A stretch of DNA of 64,000 bases from Naegleria gruberi (lineage: Eukaryota), in NCBI GenBank assembly GCA_000004985.1, contig GG738881.1. One strand, 5' to 3'. Shown here one piece after another: positions 22,586-32,282 of this stretch; the stretch's first letter is position 1, and the number at the start of each line of letters is the position of its first letter. The notes under the pieces are model-generated. The model ran no database searches, was not told the origin of the DNA, and saw nothing but the letters and a program-made list of their open reading frames with translations. A program made the position numbers and the translations under genes.

Positions 22586-24514
22586 ATGAAACAATTGAAT
22601 GCTAGAGGATTATTTGAAAATTCTAAAGTGTCGGAAAGTAATCATCAGTGTGTTTTAGATTTATCCCTCTCTTCAAAATTACTTTCCACTAAAATTCAAG
22701 ACATTCCACAGAAAGATAAATATGAAATAATTATAAAACCACTATTCGAATATTGTTTCGGAACGAGTGATGATTCTGTTTGGGAGAAACTAAATGATGA
22801 TGAAGAGGAATACGAAAGTGATGATAATGACCACGATGAAGAGGAAGATGAAAGAATTGATGAAAATAATGACCAAAATGACACTAGTCAAATAATATAT
22901 TTAAAGATTGATTGGAACAGAGATCGAACTTTTATTCATGGGCAAATATTCAATTTGGTTGTTGGTAAATTTCTCATTTTGGCCAATAAGCTTGGATTGT
23001 GGAAGAATAGATCATTTGTTTTGACTACGACCGAATATAGAGATATTAAAACACTCAAGTATGTGGACGATAATTTCAGGAATGATAGGGAAATTGTAAT
23101 GGCAGCTGTCAACGAAAATGGACGTACCCTTAAATATGCATCGAGTGAATTGAGAAATGATTTTGAAATTGTAAAAACAGCCGCTCGGAATAATCGTCGA
23201 GCACTGTGGTATGCATCGAAACAATTGAGTAGTAATAAGGAAATTGTAATGACAGCTGTTAAAAGTAATGGACTATCTCTTGAATATATGCCTACACAAA
23301 TTAGAAATGACAGAAAAATTGTTAAAATTGCTATACAAGAGAATGGTAATGCACTTGGATATGCTTCAAAAGAATTGAAGAGTGATAAGGAAATTGCCCT
23401 ACTTGCTATAGAATCAAGCCCAAAAGCATATGAATGTGCATCTAATCAATTGACGAATGACCAAGATCTAATTCTTAAAGTGTTGTCCAAATCGTGCGAC
23501 TATATTTTCGGTATTGACCAATCAATTAAGCTATTTAAAAACGATAGAAAATTTATACTTGCTATTGCAAAGTTGGATGGCCTTAAAGCCCTTCGTAATG
23601 CTTCACTGGAATTGAGAGATAATAGAGAGATAGTAATTGAAGCAGTTCAACAAAATCCAAATGCTTTGGTCTATGCATCTAGTGAATTGAGGAATGACAA
23701 GGAGATTGTGAAAATGGCAGTAATGGAAAATGGAAGCTGTTTGACTTTTGCATCAAATGAATTGAAAGATGATAAGGAAATTGCGGAATTGGCATTCAAA
23801 TCTTCTGAAATTGCTGTTCGATATTTTTCTGAAAGATTGAGAAATGATATTGAATTCCTGAGCGGATTTGGAAAGAGAGGTTATTTATTAAAGATTTTAC
23901 CAGATCATTTCATGAATGACAGAGAAATAGTATTGGAAGCAATCAAACTGGACCCACAAATTATTTTGACTCTTCCCAATGAATTGAAAAGAGACAGAGA
24001 ATTTATATTGCAAGCTGTAACAAGATGTGGTATGGCACTTCGTGGAGTGAGTTCAGAATTTCAAAAAGATAGAGAATTAGTTTTGGCTGCAGTAACACAA
24101 AATGGAAATTCAATCAATTTTGCCTCACAAGAAGTTTGGAATGATAAGGAAATTGTTCTGAAAGCTGCCGAAACATGCAATCAAGAACTATTACTTAAAT
24201 TACCAAGTTTCGACAAACAAATTTACCTGCAACTCATCAAAAAACGTGGAGGTGAATGCCTGAAATATTTTCCAAGAAAATTTCAAATAGATAGAGAAAT
24301 TCTAATGGAAGCCTTAAAAACCCATCCTAAAACTGCATTCCTCAATGCTTCTGGCACGTTAAAGGTAATGGATCGAGTATTTGCTATGCGAGTTGTGAAA
24401 AGAGATGGCATGCTTTTAGGTGAAATGTGTTCAAAACACAAAAGTGATAGAGAAATAATTTCCTGTGCAGTCAAACAAAATATCAAAGCACTGAAATATG
24501 CATCCATTGATTGA
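22586..24514 (+). CDS. DUF4116-repeat protein (642 aa) with an acidic N-terminal region.
   Basis: More than 12 tandem units of about 36 aa, of the form ..N(D/E)REIV(L/M)(A/T)AV..NG.AL.YAS.ELR... The ATG at 22586 lies in an A-rich context. It is transcribed divergently from the Fic gene, 110 bp away. Confidence 0.8.
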   Translation: MKQLNARGLFENSKVSESNHQCVLDLSLSSKLLSTKIQDIPQKDKYEIIIKPLFEYCFGTSDDSVWEKLNDDEEEYESDDNDHDEEEDERIDENNDQNDTSQIIYLKIDWNRDRTFIHGQIFNLVVGKFLILANKLGLWKNRSFVLTTTEYRDIKTLKYVDDNFRNDREIVMAAVNENGRTLKYASSELRNDFEIVKTAARNNRRALWYASKQLSSNKEIVMTAVKSNGLSLEYMPTQIRNDRKIVKIAIQENGNALGYASKELKSDKEIALLAIESSPKAYECASNQLTNDQDLILKVLSKSCDYIFGIDQSIKLFKNDRKFILAIAKLDGLKALRNASLELRDNREIVIEAVQQNPNALVYASSELRNDKEIVKMAVMENGSCLTFASNELKDDKEIAELAFKSSEIAVRYFSERLRNDIEFLSGFGKRGYLLKILPDHFMNDREIVLEAIKLDPQIILTLPNELKRDREFILQAVTRCGMALRGVSSEFQKDRELVLAAVTQNGNSINFASQEVWNDKEIVLKAAETCNQELLLKLPSFDKQIYLQLIKKRGGECLKYFPRKFQIDREILMEALKTHPKTAFLNASGTLKVMDRVFAMRVVKRDGMLLGEMCSKHKSDREIISCAVKQNIKALKYASID

Positions 24515-24847
24515 ATTTGAATTGAGGAACTATAAGAAACTATTCAAATTTTCAAAAAGCCACAAACATTTTTGTGGGTTATTAATAAAATTAAATTGAA
24601 AAAATAAAAATACAATTTTGCAACAGCTCGGAATTCGGAAGCACTTTAAAAAAAACACACAACACGTTTTGGTGGCTTGTTTGAGAGAGTTTCTTTTTTT
24701 CATCATCATCATCCACTCACGGAAAAGATATCACTGAGATTTCTCAACACACACAAATTTTATAGTAGTATTTATTAGTATTAATAATATTGTTATTATT
24801 ATTGCGAGAATATATCATCATACAACAAAATCAACAAACACAAAAAG

Positions 24848-26737
24848 ATGGTCAGAGAATTAAAATCCGATGCTGAATTTAATACCGAGTTAGTCAAGGC
24901 AGGTGGTAAACTTGTTGTTGTAGACTTTTTTGCTACATGGTGTGGTCCATGTAAAAAGATTGCACCATATTTTGAACAATTAGAAACACAATATAAGGAT
25001 GTTCTCTTTTTAAAGGTTGATGTGGATATTTGCCAGCAAACAGCTGCCAAGTGCAATATTTCAGCCATGCCAACATTCCAATTATTCAAGAATAGATCCA
25101 AAGTTGAAGAAGTTGTCGGAGGAGATGTTCAAAAACTTGTCCAATTAATTAATCAACACAAGGGTGTTTCATCCTCTTCATCTTCGTCATCATCATCACA
25201 AGTTGAAGATAATGAACCAATACCAAGTCATCTTTCCACTGCGGAACAATTCAAAGAGGAAGGAAACAATAGATACAAGAAGGGATCATACAAAAAAGCT
25301 GTGGAATGTTATACAAGAGCTATTGAATTGGATCCAAGCCAAGCACCAATTTATACTAACAGAGCTGCTTGCAACTTACAATTACTCAAGTATAAGAAGG
25401 TTGTTGAAGATGGTTTAAAGGCTGCTCAATTGGATCCAAAATTCTCAAAGGCGTATCTTCGCGCTGGTCAAGGTTATTTACAAATGGGTAAAACTAGAGA
25501 AGCTAGGGAACAATTCGATTTGGCTCTTAAATTGGAACCAAATAGTGACTTGTATAAGAGAGAAAGAGAAAATTCTCTCAAAATTGAAAAGTACTTGTCG
25601 AATGGTAAGAGCTTTTTAGAACAATCTCTCTATAAGGAAGCTAGTAATGAAATGGATTTGGCATTCCAAATTGCTCCTCACTCAGTGCCATTGAAACTTT
25701 GTAAAATTGAAGCATTGATTGGATTGAAGGAACTTGATACTGCTGCCAAGGAAGCTAGCGTTATTCTTCGTGATATTGACAATAACAATTCCGAAGCTCT
25801 CTTCTTGAGAGGTCAAGCATTGTACTATGCTGGTAGTACCGAAAGTGGATTGAGTCATGTCACTCAAGCTTTAATGATTGATCCAGACAATCAAAAATGT
25901 TTACAATTCAGAAAGCAAATCAAGAAGATTGAACAATTGAAAGAGGAAGGCAACAAACTTTTGCGAGCTGGTAAATTCCAAGAATCCTATGATGAATATT
26001 CTAAAGCCATTGAAATTGATCCAAAGAATGCCAATTTGAATGCAGTTCTTTATTGCAATAGAGCTGCTGCTGCCACTAAACTCGGAAAACATCAAGTAGC
26101 CATCAAGGATGCTACCAAAGCCATTGAATTGAATGAAAATTATACAAAGGCATACATTAGAAGAGGTTCCAGCTATGTTGAACTTGAACAATACGAAGAT
26201 GCCATGCGTGACTATAGTAAGGCCCATGAATTGGACAAGGACGATGAACAAGTTGCACAAAAATTGAAGGAAGTCAGAAAGCTCTACAAGCAAAGCAAGA
26301 AGAAGGACTTTTACAAGATTCTTGGTGTGGAAAGAAATGCCTCTACTGATGAAATCAAAAAGGCCTACAAGAAGTTAGCCATGCAATGGCACCCTGACAG
26401 ATATATGGACGAAGAGGAAAAGAAGAATGCTGAAAATAAGTTTAAGGACATTACAGAGGCATACAGTATTCTCTCTGATCCACAAAAGAGACAACAATTC
26501 GATTCTGGCGCAATGGATGCTGATTTTGATGGTTTTGGTGGAATGGGAGGAGGAATGGGTGGTATTGACCCTAATGACATCTTTAGAATGTTCTTTGGTG
26601 GAGGTGGTATGGGTGGAGGAATGGGAGGTGGATTTGGTGGTATGGGAGGTGGAATGGGAGGAATGGGAGGAATGGGAGGAGGAGGAAGAAGAGGAGGCCG
26701 AGGTGGAATGGGTGGCCAACAATCATTCTTCTTTTAA
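24848..26737 (+). CDS. Thioredoxin - TPR repeats - DnaJ (J domain) co-chaperone with a Gly/Met/Phe-rich tail.
   Basis: Single 629-aa ORF. WCGPC thioredoxin motif ([20 protein letters not shown]). Multiple TPRs ([16 protein letters not shown]..., [13 protein letters not shown]..., [14 protein letters not shown]...). J domain [32 protein letters not shown] with the HPD motif. C-terminal [13 protein letters not shown] repeats. Confidence 0.85.
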   Translation: MVRELKSDAEFNTELVKAGGKLVVVDFFATWCGPCKKIAPYFEQLETQYKDVLFLKVDVDICQQTAAKCNISAMPTFQLFKNRSKVEEVVGGDVQKLVQLINQHKGVSSSSSSSSSSQVEDNEPIPSHLSTAEQFKEEGNNRYKKGSYKKAVECYTRAIELDPSQAPIYTNRAACNLQLLKYKKVVEDGLKAAQLDPKFSKAYLRAGQGYLQMGKTREAREQFDLALKLEPNSDLYKRERENSLKIEKYLSNGKSFLEQSLYKEASNEMDLAFQIAPHSVPLKLCKIEALIGLKELDTAAKEASVILRDIDNNNSEALFLRGQALYYAGSTESGLSHVTQALMIDPDNQKCLQFRKQIKKIEQLKEEGNKLLRAGKFQESYDEYSKAIEIDPKNANLNAVLYCNRAAAATKLGKHQVAIKDATKAIELNENYTKAYIRRGSSYVELEQYEDAMRDYSKAHELDKDDEQVAQKLKEVRKLYKQSKKKDFYKILGVERNASTDEIKKAYKKLAMQWHPDRYMDEEEKKNAENKFKDITEAYSILSDPQKRQQFDSGAMDADFDGFGGMGGGMGGIDPNDIFRMFFGGGGMGGGMGGGFGGMGGGMGGMGGMGGGGRRGGRGGMGGQQSFFF

Positions 26738-26806
26738 ACTTTCAAAACTTTCTACCCCAATATAACTCCTCTAATTTATTCTTTTATTCTTTTTAAATTT
26801 ATTAAA

Positions 26807-28672
26807 TCACTTAAATTTATTCTTTTCAACGAAAAATTGTGGCATTAGTTCAATAGTGGCAAGACACTGATTGTAAAGATAGGCCATTTTTTCCTCTCCG
26901 AAAAAAGAATGAAAGTTTGTTTCTTCGGTGGAATATTTGTGACGAATGGTTTGGCAATATTGAGCGAATGGCATTCCATTGTATTGAATATGTTCAAGAG
27001 CATACTTGAAACCATCTAGCATGTGTGGATTCGTTAGGCCTGCATATCCAAGAGATCCAGTGGTATAGGGGTTGAAGAAATCTGCAATTTTTTCAATACA
27101 TTCCACACCTATGGATGGACTAAAGTTGTCAATCATGAGTTTAAATGATTCCCTAACATCATCAAAACCATAATAATCCACAAAGCAAGTAAGCATTTTG
27201 GAATTGATTTCTGATAAAAACTCCAAAGTTATTCCCTTGTAATTATTAAATAGAATATTCAAATCATACTTTGCAGGGTACATCTCAAAGAATGGTTTGA
27301 AAAATTGATTAGGTGAGCTTTTGCAATAGTTTCTAAAGTATGATAAAATAAAGTTAGTATTTCCCGTTTCTGGACTTATTTCATAAGGGTCAAAATTTTC
27401 AATTTTTGATAACAAGTGTGAAATCTTTGAACGGTAGTTGAATCTGTGAAAGATAATCTTTAAATCGATTGGAGTAATCATTCCACGCTCACTTAATAAA
27501 TCAATAATTTCTCTTTCATAACCATATAAAAAGAGACTATGTGATTTGACTCTGGAATAATCAATAGATTTTTCCTCAAAAACTTCCAAAAACTGACAAA
27601 GACTGTTGACAACTTCTTCTGGCGTTTCACATGAGTCAGGACTGAAGAATTCCATAAAATATTTGTCTTTTTGATATCTGAAATGCCACTCAAAACATGT
27701 TTGAAAGTTATCAAGCCATTGATTAGGATAAATAGCATTGAACATCTTTTTTAAATATCTCAATCTCACCATTCTTTTGGTACGTGTCAGCTGCATGAAA
27801 TCAATATATGGATCTTCACTTTTTTCATAATTTCCCTCCACAGAAATATAGTTCAGTAAAAAATCCAAAAAGCTTTCATTTCCATTTTCATCTTCATTCA
27901 CATTCCAATAGGAAATTAAAATCTTTTCCAAAATCTTGTCATTTAGAATTGGTTTGAAATTTTGAACAAAGCAAATTACTTGAGGAGAACAATCATCGTC
28001 TGTTTTCCCAATCTCACCACTCATCACATCAGCAATTGAAAAAGTAAATCGTTTCCAATACTCTTGAGCATAAAGAGAATTATTCACTCGTCCATTCAAT
28101 GTGAACTTTTTAGCTTGGTTAAGGAAATACTGAGCCATATATCCAGAATGTTCATAATTGACCACTCCCTTCGTGAAATCGTGACGAATCTCATCCACTC
28201 CCTTTGCCATCTTCATATTATAGTGCATAATCATGGCAGAGGAGGCCAACTTTTTAAATCTCATCCCAAATACTGTCGATTTCTCTCCCTTCTCTCCATA
28301 CCTATCTTCATCCATATACTTTTCAAAACTTGCCCTACTCACCGATTTTTCCTTCACAATCTGCGATTCATAAAACTTGTTCAATTGACTAATTATTGAC
28401 TTGTACAAATTCCCGCCTTTTTTTTTTCTTTCATGACCCATCACCATCATCAAATCATTTTCATCACCATCATCGGAATGATTTAATTTTCCATAATAAT
28501 CAATCTTTGTTTGTATAAAATTGGACAGCAGTGTTTTCCACACAATTTCAAACCGATCCAATTCGTACCAATTTTTGCAGGTGCAGAGGAGTGAGAGACC
28601 ATCTGCAATGGAGAGAAATTCGAGGATGGCAAAGAGTGTGTCAATGTGAATCTCTGTATTGTTGCTGGACAT
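26807..28672 (-). CDS. F-box-like protein (621 aa); the C-terminal region has no recognisable domain.
   Basis: The N-terminus IDTLFAILEFLSIADGLSLLCTCKNWYELDRFEIVWKTLL is F-box-like. It is a long uninterrupted ORF. Its 3' end is only about 70 bp from the 3' end of the convergent Trx-TPR-J gene. Confidence 0.65.
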   Translation of the reverse strand: MSSNNTEIHIDTLFAILEFLSIADGLSLLCTCKNWYELDRFEIVWKTLLSNFIQTKIDYYGKLNHSDDGDENDLMMVMGHERKKKGGNLYKSIISQLNKFYESQIVKEKSVSRASFEKYMDEDRYGEKGEKSTVFGMRFKKLASSAMIMHYNMKMAKGVDEIRHDFTKGVVNYEHSGYMAQYFLNQAKKFTLNGRVNNSLYAQEYWKRFTFSIADVMSGEIGKTDDDCSPQVICFVQNFKPILNDKILEKILISYWNVNEDENGNESFLDFLLNYISVEGNYEKSEDPYIDFMQLTRTKRMVRLRYLKKMFNAIYPNQWLDNFQTCFEWHFRYQKDKYFMEFFSPDSCETPEEVVNSLCQFLEVFEEKSIDYSRVKSHSLFLYGYEREIIDLLSERGMITPIDLKIIFHRFNYRSKISHLLSKIENFDPYEISPETGNTNFILSYFRNYCKSSPNQFFKPFFEMYPAKYDLNILFNNYKGITLEFLSEINSKMLTCFVDYYGFDDVRESFKLMIDNFSPSIGVECIEKIADFFNPYTTGSLGYAGLTNPHMLDGFKYALEHIQYNGMPFAQYCQTIRHKYSTEETNFHSFFGEEKMAYLYNQCLATIELMPQFFVEKNKFK

Positions 28673-28785
28673 TTTTTTTTTTAATTGTTTTTTAAACTTT
28701 GAAAACTATTTGTAAATAAATTTATGAATTTTACAAAATAATTTCACATAAAAATTACATCAATAATGGGTACACAGATCCTTTT

Positions 28786-28975
28786 ACAGTTCTGATTTTA
28801 ATCAAGTAGATATTCGTGAGGGTATCAATACTGGAGCTGCAATTGCTGGAGTGATTGGGTAAAAAACAATTAAAAAAAAAATGTCCAGCAACAATGCAGA
28901 GAAGTTGTTTCTAGAAATTTAAACATTAACAAATAATAGCACCAAGAAATTTGCATATGATTTGTGGGGTGTAAG
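28786..28975 (+). pseudogene. Relic of a class III cyclase catalytic-domain gene: two exon-like pieces with intact splice-site flanks but no continuation.
   Basis: ...FNQVDIREGINTGAAIAGVIG|GTAAAA... (79-nt intron) ...[24 protein letters not shown]. It is similar at both protein and nucleotide level to the [25 protein letters not shown] segment of the cyclase at 6378..10970, but the intron positions differ. The downstream DTVNTASRMES-type motif is absent. Confidence 0.45.
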
Positions 28976-29239
28976 TATTTCAATACTGTATTGTTGATAT
29001 GTAAACATGCAAGGAATTGTAAGCTCTCAACTATGTTGTATAAATATTCCTCGGTCTGTTGAGATTTCGTTTCAAATTCAAATGTCATCAACTTTACACA
29101 ACAACTTTTCAATCAGTTTCTTCTTCACTGATGAAAAATTTGGACCACTGGAAAGATTTTTTACTGACACCATGATCAAAAAAATGTCGTGAAGCGAACC
29201 GAATTCGACAGATTTCTAATAATGGTAAAGTAACTATTT

Positions 29240-29417
29240 CCAATTGCTGGAACTGGTGAGTCTGGAGAGAGTGGAGAAGGTGGACCTGTTGTCAATGCTC
29301 AAATTTATTCTCCATACTCTCTTGATGTTAACTCTAAAGGTGAACTAATCTTTATCGATGAAAATTACAAAGTTAAAAAGATTTTCAAGAAAGGTACATT
29401 ACCGTATCGAATTCGTT
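29240..29417 (+). pseudogene. NHL-repeat-like coding fragment, probably part of a disrupted NHL/EGF gene.
   Basis: One frame translates to IAGTGESGESGEGGPVVNAQIYSPYSLDVNSKGELIFIDENYKVKKIF, an NHL-type beta-propeller blade pattern. It is bounded by a stop/donor-like GTACAT and has no start. Confidence 0.35.
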
Positions 29418-29447
29418 AAATGGCAAATCGATTTCAAATAAATCTAC

Positions 29448-30473
29448 TTATTTTTTATTGAATTTAGCATACATCTCTTGTAGTTTAGTTTTGGCAAGTT
29501 CCTTTTCTTTTTCGATTTCTTCTTTCATTTCTTGTTGAACACCTGCAATAATGGTATCATACATATCAATATTCTTGTTCATTAATTTCAAATCTTCGTT
29601 TTCTTCTGCTGCTGATTTGTCGGAAACTATCTTGTTGTATCTTTCTTGCCAATCTTTTAAGAACTGTTCTTTCTCTTCCAATAATTTGCGTTCAGCATCT
29701 AAAAACTTGAAATACTTGCTTTGAATCGCTTTCATTTGAACAACAACTTTGTGTGACTTTTCTAATTTCAAGTTGGATTCGAATTTGTCAAGTTCAATTG
29801 CTTTAAAGAATTGAATTTCCAAAGTACCAAATTTCTTCATATCCTTTTCATTGATATTTTTCAATTTGGTTGCAAAAATAGGCGAAACAGCTTCTGTTTT
29901 TCTTTTTTTGTAAGCTTGACTGATTTCTGCTTTGTTCTTCTCATACTCCTTTAAAAGGTTATCAACAAATTCATCTTCATCATCACTTGAACAATAATCA
30001 TCTTTAAAAGAAGCCTTCATAGTAGTATCCAACACTTTCTGTGCATTATCTTTTGTTTCTTTAGCACCATTTAATTCCTTTTCAATGTCGTCAATTATAC
30101 TCTGAAGGTTCTTTTTTACAAAACCATCGAATAGCTTATTGATATAGGAGTGATTTGGATAGCTTTTCGAAGATTTAGGAATGAAACCTTGTTTTCTAAG
30201 CTTACCACCAGTAGATGGAAACATAAATTGATCATTTTTGGATTCTTTTACCATTTTTTCATACCATAACTTTGACACCAAAACAATTTCCGAATCTTCG
30301 AGCATACTTTCTCCATAGGGCTTATGGCTGAGATTTGCGAGTAAGACTTCAACAAATCTATCAAATGTGTCAAAGTTGGCAGAGAGTTTGGTTGGAATTT
30401 TGAGTGATTTTTTTTGTGGAAATTCCAAAATAAAGAAAGGTGATGTTCTTTTTGTAAAATCACCCAAAAACAT
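29448..30473 (-). CDS. Coiled-coil protein of unknown function (about 341 aa), located between the two NHL-repeat fragments.
   Basis: Uninterrupted ORF with an ATG at about 30473 preceded by an A-run. The C-terminal half is strongly heptad/charged (KEK.., EEK..). No domain is recognised. Confidence 0.6.
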   Translation of the reverse strand: MFLGDFTKRTSPFFILEFPQKKSLKIPTKLSANFDTFDRFVEVLLANLSHKPYGESMLEDSEIVLVSKLWYEKMVKESKNDQFMFPSTGGKLRKQGFIPKSSKSYPNHSYINKLFDGFVKKNLQSIIDDIEKELNGAKETKDNAQKVLDTTMKASFKDDYCSSDDEDEFVDNLLKEYEKNKAEISQAYKKRKTEAVSPIFATKLKNINEKDMKKFGTLEIQFFKAIELDKFESNLKLEKSHKVVVQMKAIQSKYFKFLDAERKLLEEKEQFLKDWQERYNKIVSDKSAAEENEDLKLMNKNIDMYDTIIAGVQQEMKEEIEKEKELAKTKLQEMYAKFNKK

Positions 30474-30532
30474 TGGCACAACGAAAATACAATTTGATTT
30501 TTATTTTAAATCGAAATTAGATATCGAATGTG

Positions 30533-31490
30533 AGGTGAATCCATTTACATTATTGGTGATGGACCTGCACTTGCTGTTACTTTGAATAATCCATTTCAGA
30601 TGGTTTTCAATTCAGATGGTGATTTATACTTTTCAGAAGAATTGAATAGAATTAAAAAGCTCAGTAATGGACAAGTAACAACTTTGGTTGGAAATGAAGC
30701 CAATGGTTATTCTGGAGATGGTACTTTAGCACAAAATGCACAGGTTAATTTACCATCTGGTTTAGCTATCAAACCAGGAACTAATTTCGAATGGAACTAT
30801 TATAACAATTACACTGTTGGGGTTGATATGGGAAGCTTTGATGGAGATTTGGCCATAAATGCAGGACTGAACTTTCCATTTGGATTAATTGTCACTCCCG
30901 CAGATGAAATTGTTTTTGTTGATGTAGTCAATCATAGAATTTGTATTGTTTTCTCAAATGGAACTATCAATACTATTGCAGGTAATGGGAAGAGTGGATT
31001 TAGTGCAGATGGTCAATTGGCAACTCTTCGTTGGATTTGAGAGGAGGAATTGCAATGAATTCACTTGGTGAAATAGTTTTCTCTGACAGTAATAGAATTC
31101 GTAAATGGGTAACGAATGGAACACTGACAACAATTGCTGGTAGGCAAAGCTCTGGATATAGTGGTGATGGTCAGTTGGCCCTTAATGCCCTTCTCAAAGC
31201 TCCACTATTATAAGTTGATTCGAGTGATAATATTTACATTACTGATACAGAAATTCGACAGATTTCAATGATTTGTTCATCTCCATATGTAATGAGAGGA
31301 AATGAATGCATTCCAACTTGTTTTGGTTTCAATTCAAGTAGTTTACATGTTTGTTCTGGACGTGGACAATGCAACGAAACAGATACATACACCTTATTAT
31401 GGAAGCAATTGTGAATTGGTTGTTTGTAATGAAATTGCCAAGAATTCATCTCTTGTTTGTTCTTGAAGTGGAATTTGTCAATCTCATGTA
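30533..31490 (+). pseudogene. NHL-repeat region (about 30533..31213) followed by tenascin/teneurin-type EGF-like Cys pattern fragments (about 31214..31490). The reading frame is broken in several places.
   Basis: The frames give IIGDGPALAVTLNNPFQMVFNSDGDLYFSE...LVGNEANGYSGDGTLAQNAQVNLPSGLAI...TIAGNGKSGFSADGQLATLRWI*. After a frame switch comes LRGGIAMNSLGEIVFSDSNRIRKWVTNGTLTTIAGRQSSGYSGDGQLALNALLKAP*. Then come CSGRGQCNETDTYT and, in another frame, PYYGSNCELVVCNEIAKNSSLVC. No clean GT-AG introns were found to repair the shifts. Confidence 0.4.
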
Positions 31491-31614
31491 AACCTGGATA
31501 TTATGGAACCGTACAAAAAAAATGAATTAACAAGGAAACACTTTATTTCACAAGATATTAAATATTAATAACACTAATATTATGATTGGATATGTGAGAT
31601 CTTTTTGAGTTTTC

Positions 31615-32001
31615 TTAACACCATCTAACACCTCCAACACAACCATATCCACCATAACCACCATAACCACCATATCCACCATAGAATGGAACACCATATC
31701 CACCATAACCACCATAGAATGGCATTGAATAAGCACTTCCATAATTGTTTCCATAACTAGTTGGTCCAGTATAATAAGATCCATAACTTGAATATGGATT
31801 TGAGTTGACTGCATTCACTTGATTCCAATAGGATTGAGTATTTTGTCCATATTGATTGTAATTTCCTCCAGTGACTCCATAGTTAGAACCAGAACCTCCT
31901 GATGTACCATAATTAGTACCATAATTGTTGCTATATTGGCAGTTGACCAAGCAAGAAGCGATGAGTACAGTGGCTACAAGAGCAATGATTAGTTTGTTCA
32001 T
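31615..32001 (-). CDS. Small secreted Gly/Tyr/Asn-rich protein (128 aa) with an N-terminal signal peptide.
   Basis: MNKLIIALVATVLIASCLVNC is a hydrophobic signal. It is followed by YG(S/G)NYG and GGYGGYG repeats and a C-terminal CVGGVRWC. A TATTTAAA (TATA-like) element lies about 65 bp upstream on the same strand. Confidence 0.65.
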   Translation of the reverse strand: MNKLIIALVATVLIASCLVNCQYSNNYGTNYGTSGGSGSNYGVTGGNYNQYGQNTQSYWNQVNAVNSNPYSSYGSYYTGPTSYGNNYGSAYSMPFYGGYGGYGVPFYGGYGGYGGYGGYGCVGGVRWC

Positions 32002-32282
32002 TGTTTTGATTTTGTTTTTTTGAGTGTGAATTGATTTTGAATGAGGATGTTCAGGTTGAGTATTTAAATGTTTTTGGAAAGATTGTGTTTGGATGATAAT
32101 AGCTTGTTTTCTAAATGTAAATTAGTCAAAATAGGAATGTCCGTTATGTTGAATGGGTTTTGTAAGAGAAAATAGAAAGTTGACTAAATTGTAACGTTAC
32201 AATTTTGGTTTCGAATAATTTCCTAAACTGTGCAGTTGACCATGTTGTTCAATTAAAAAGAATAAAGCATATATTGAAAGAA

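Noticed and set aside
29448-30473. Coiled-coil ORF considered as part of a transposable element inserted into the NHL/EGF gene.
   Set aside because: No transposase, reverse transcriptase, integrase, terminal inverted repeats, LTRs or target-site duplications were found nearby. It is kept as an ordinary gene of unknown function.
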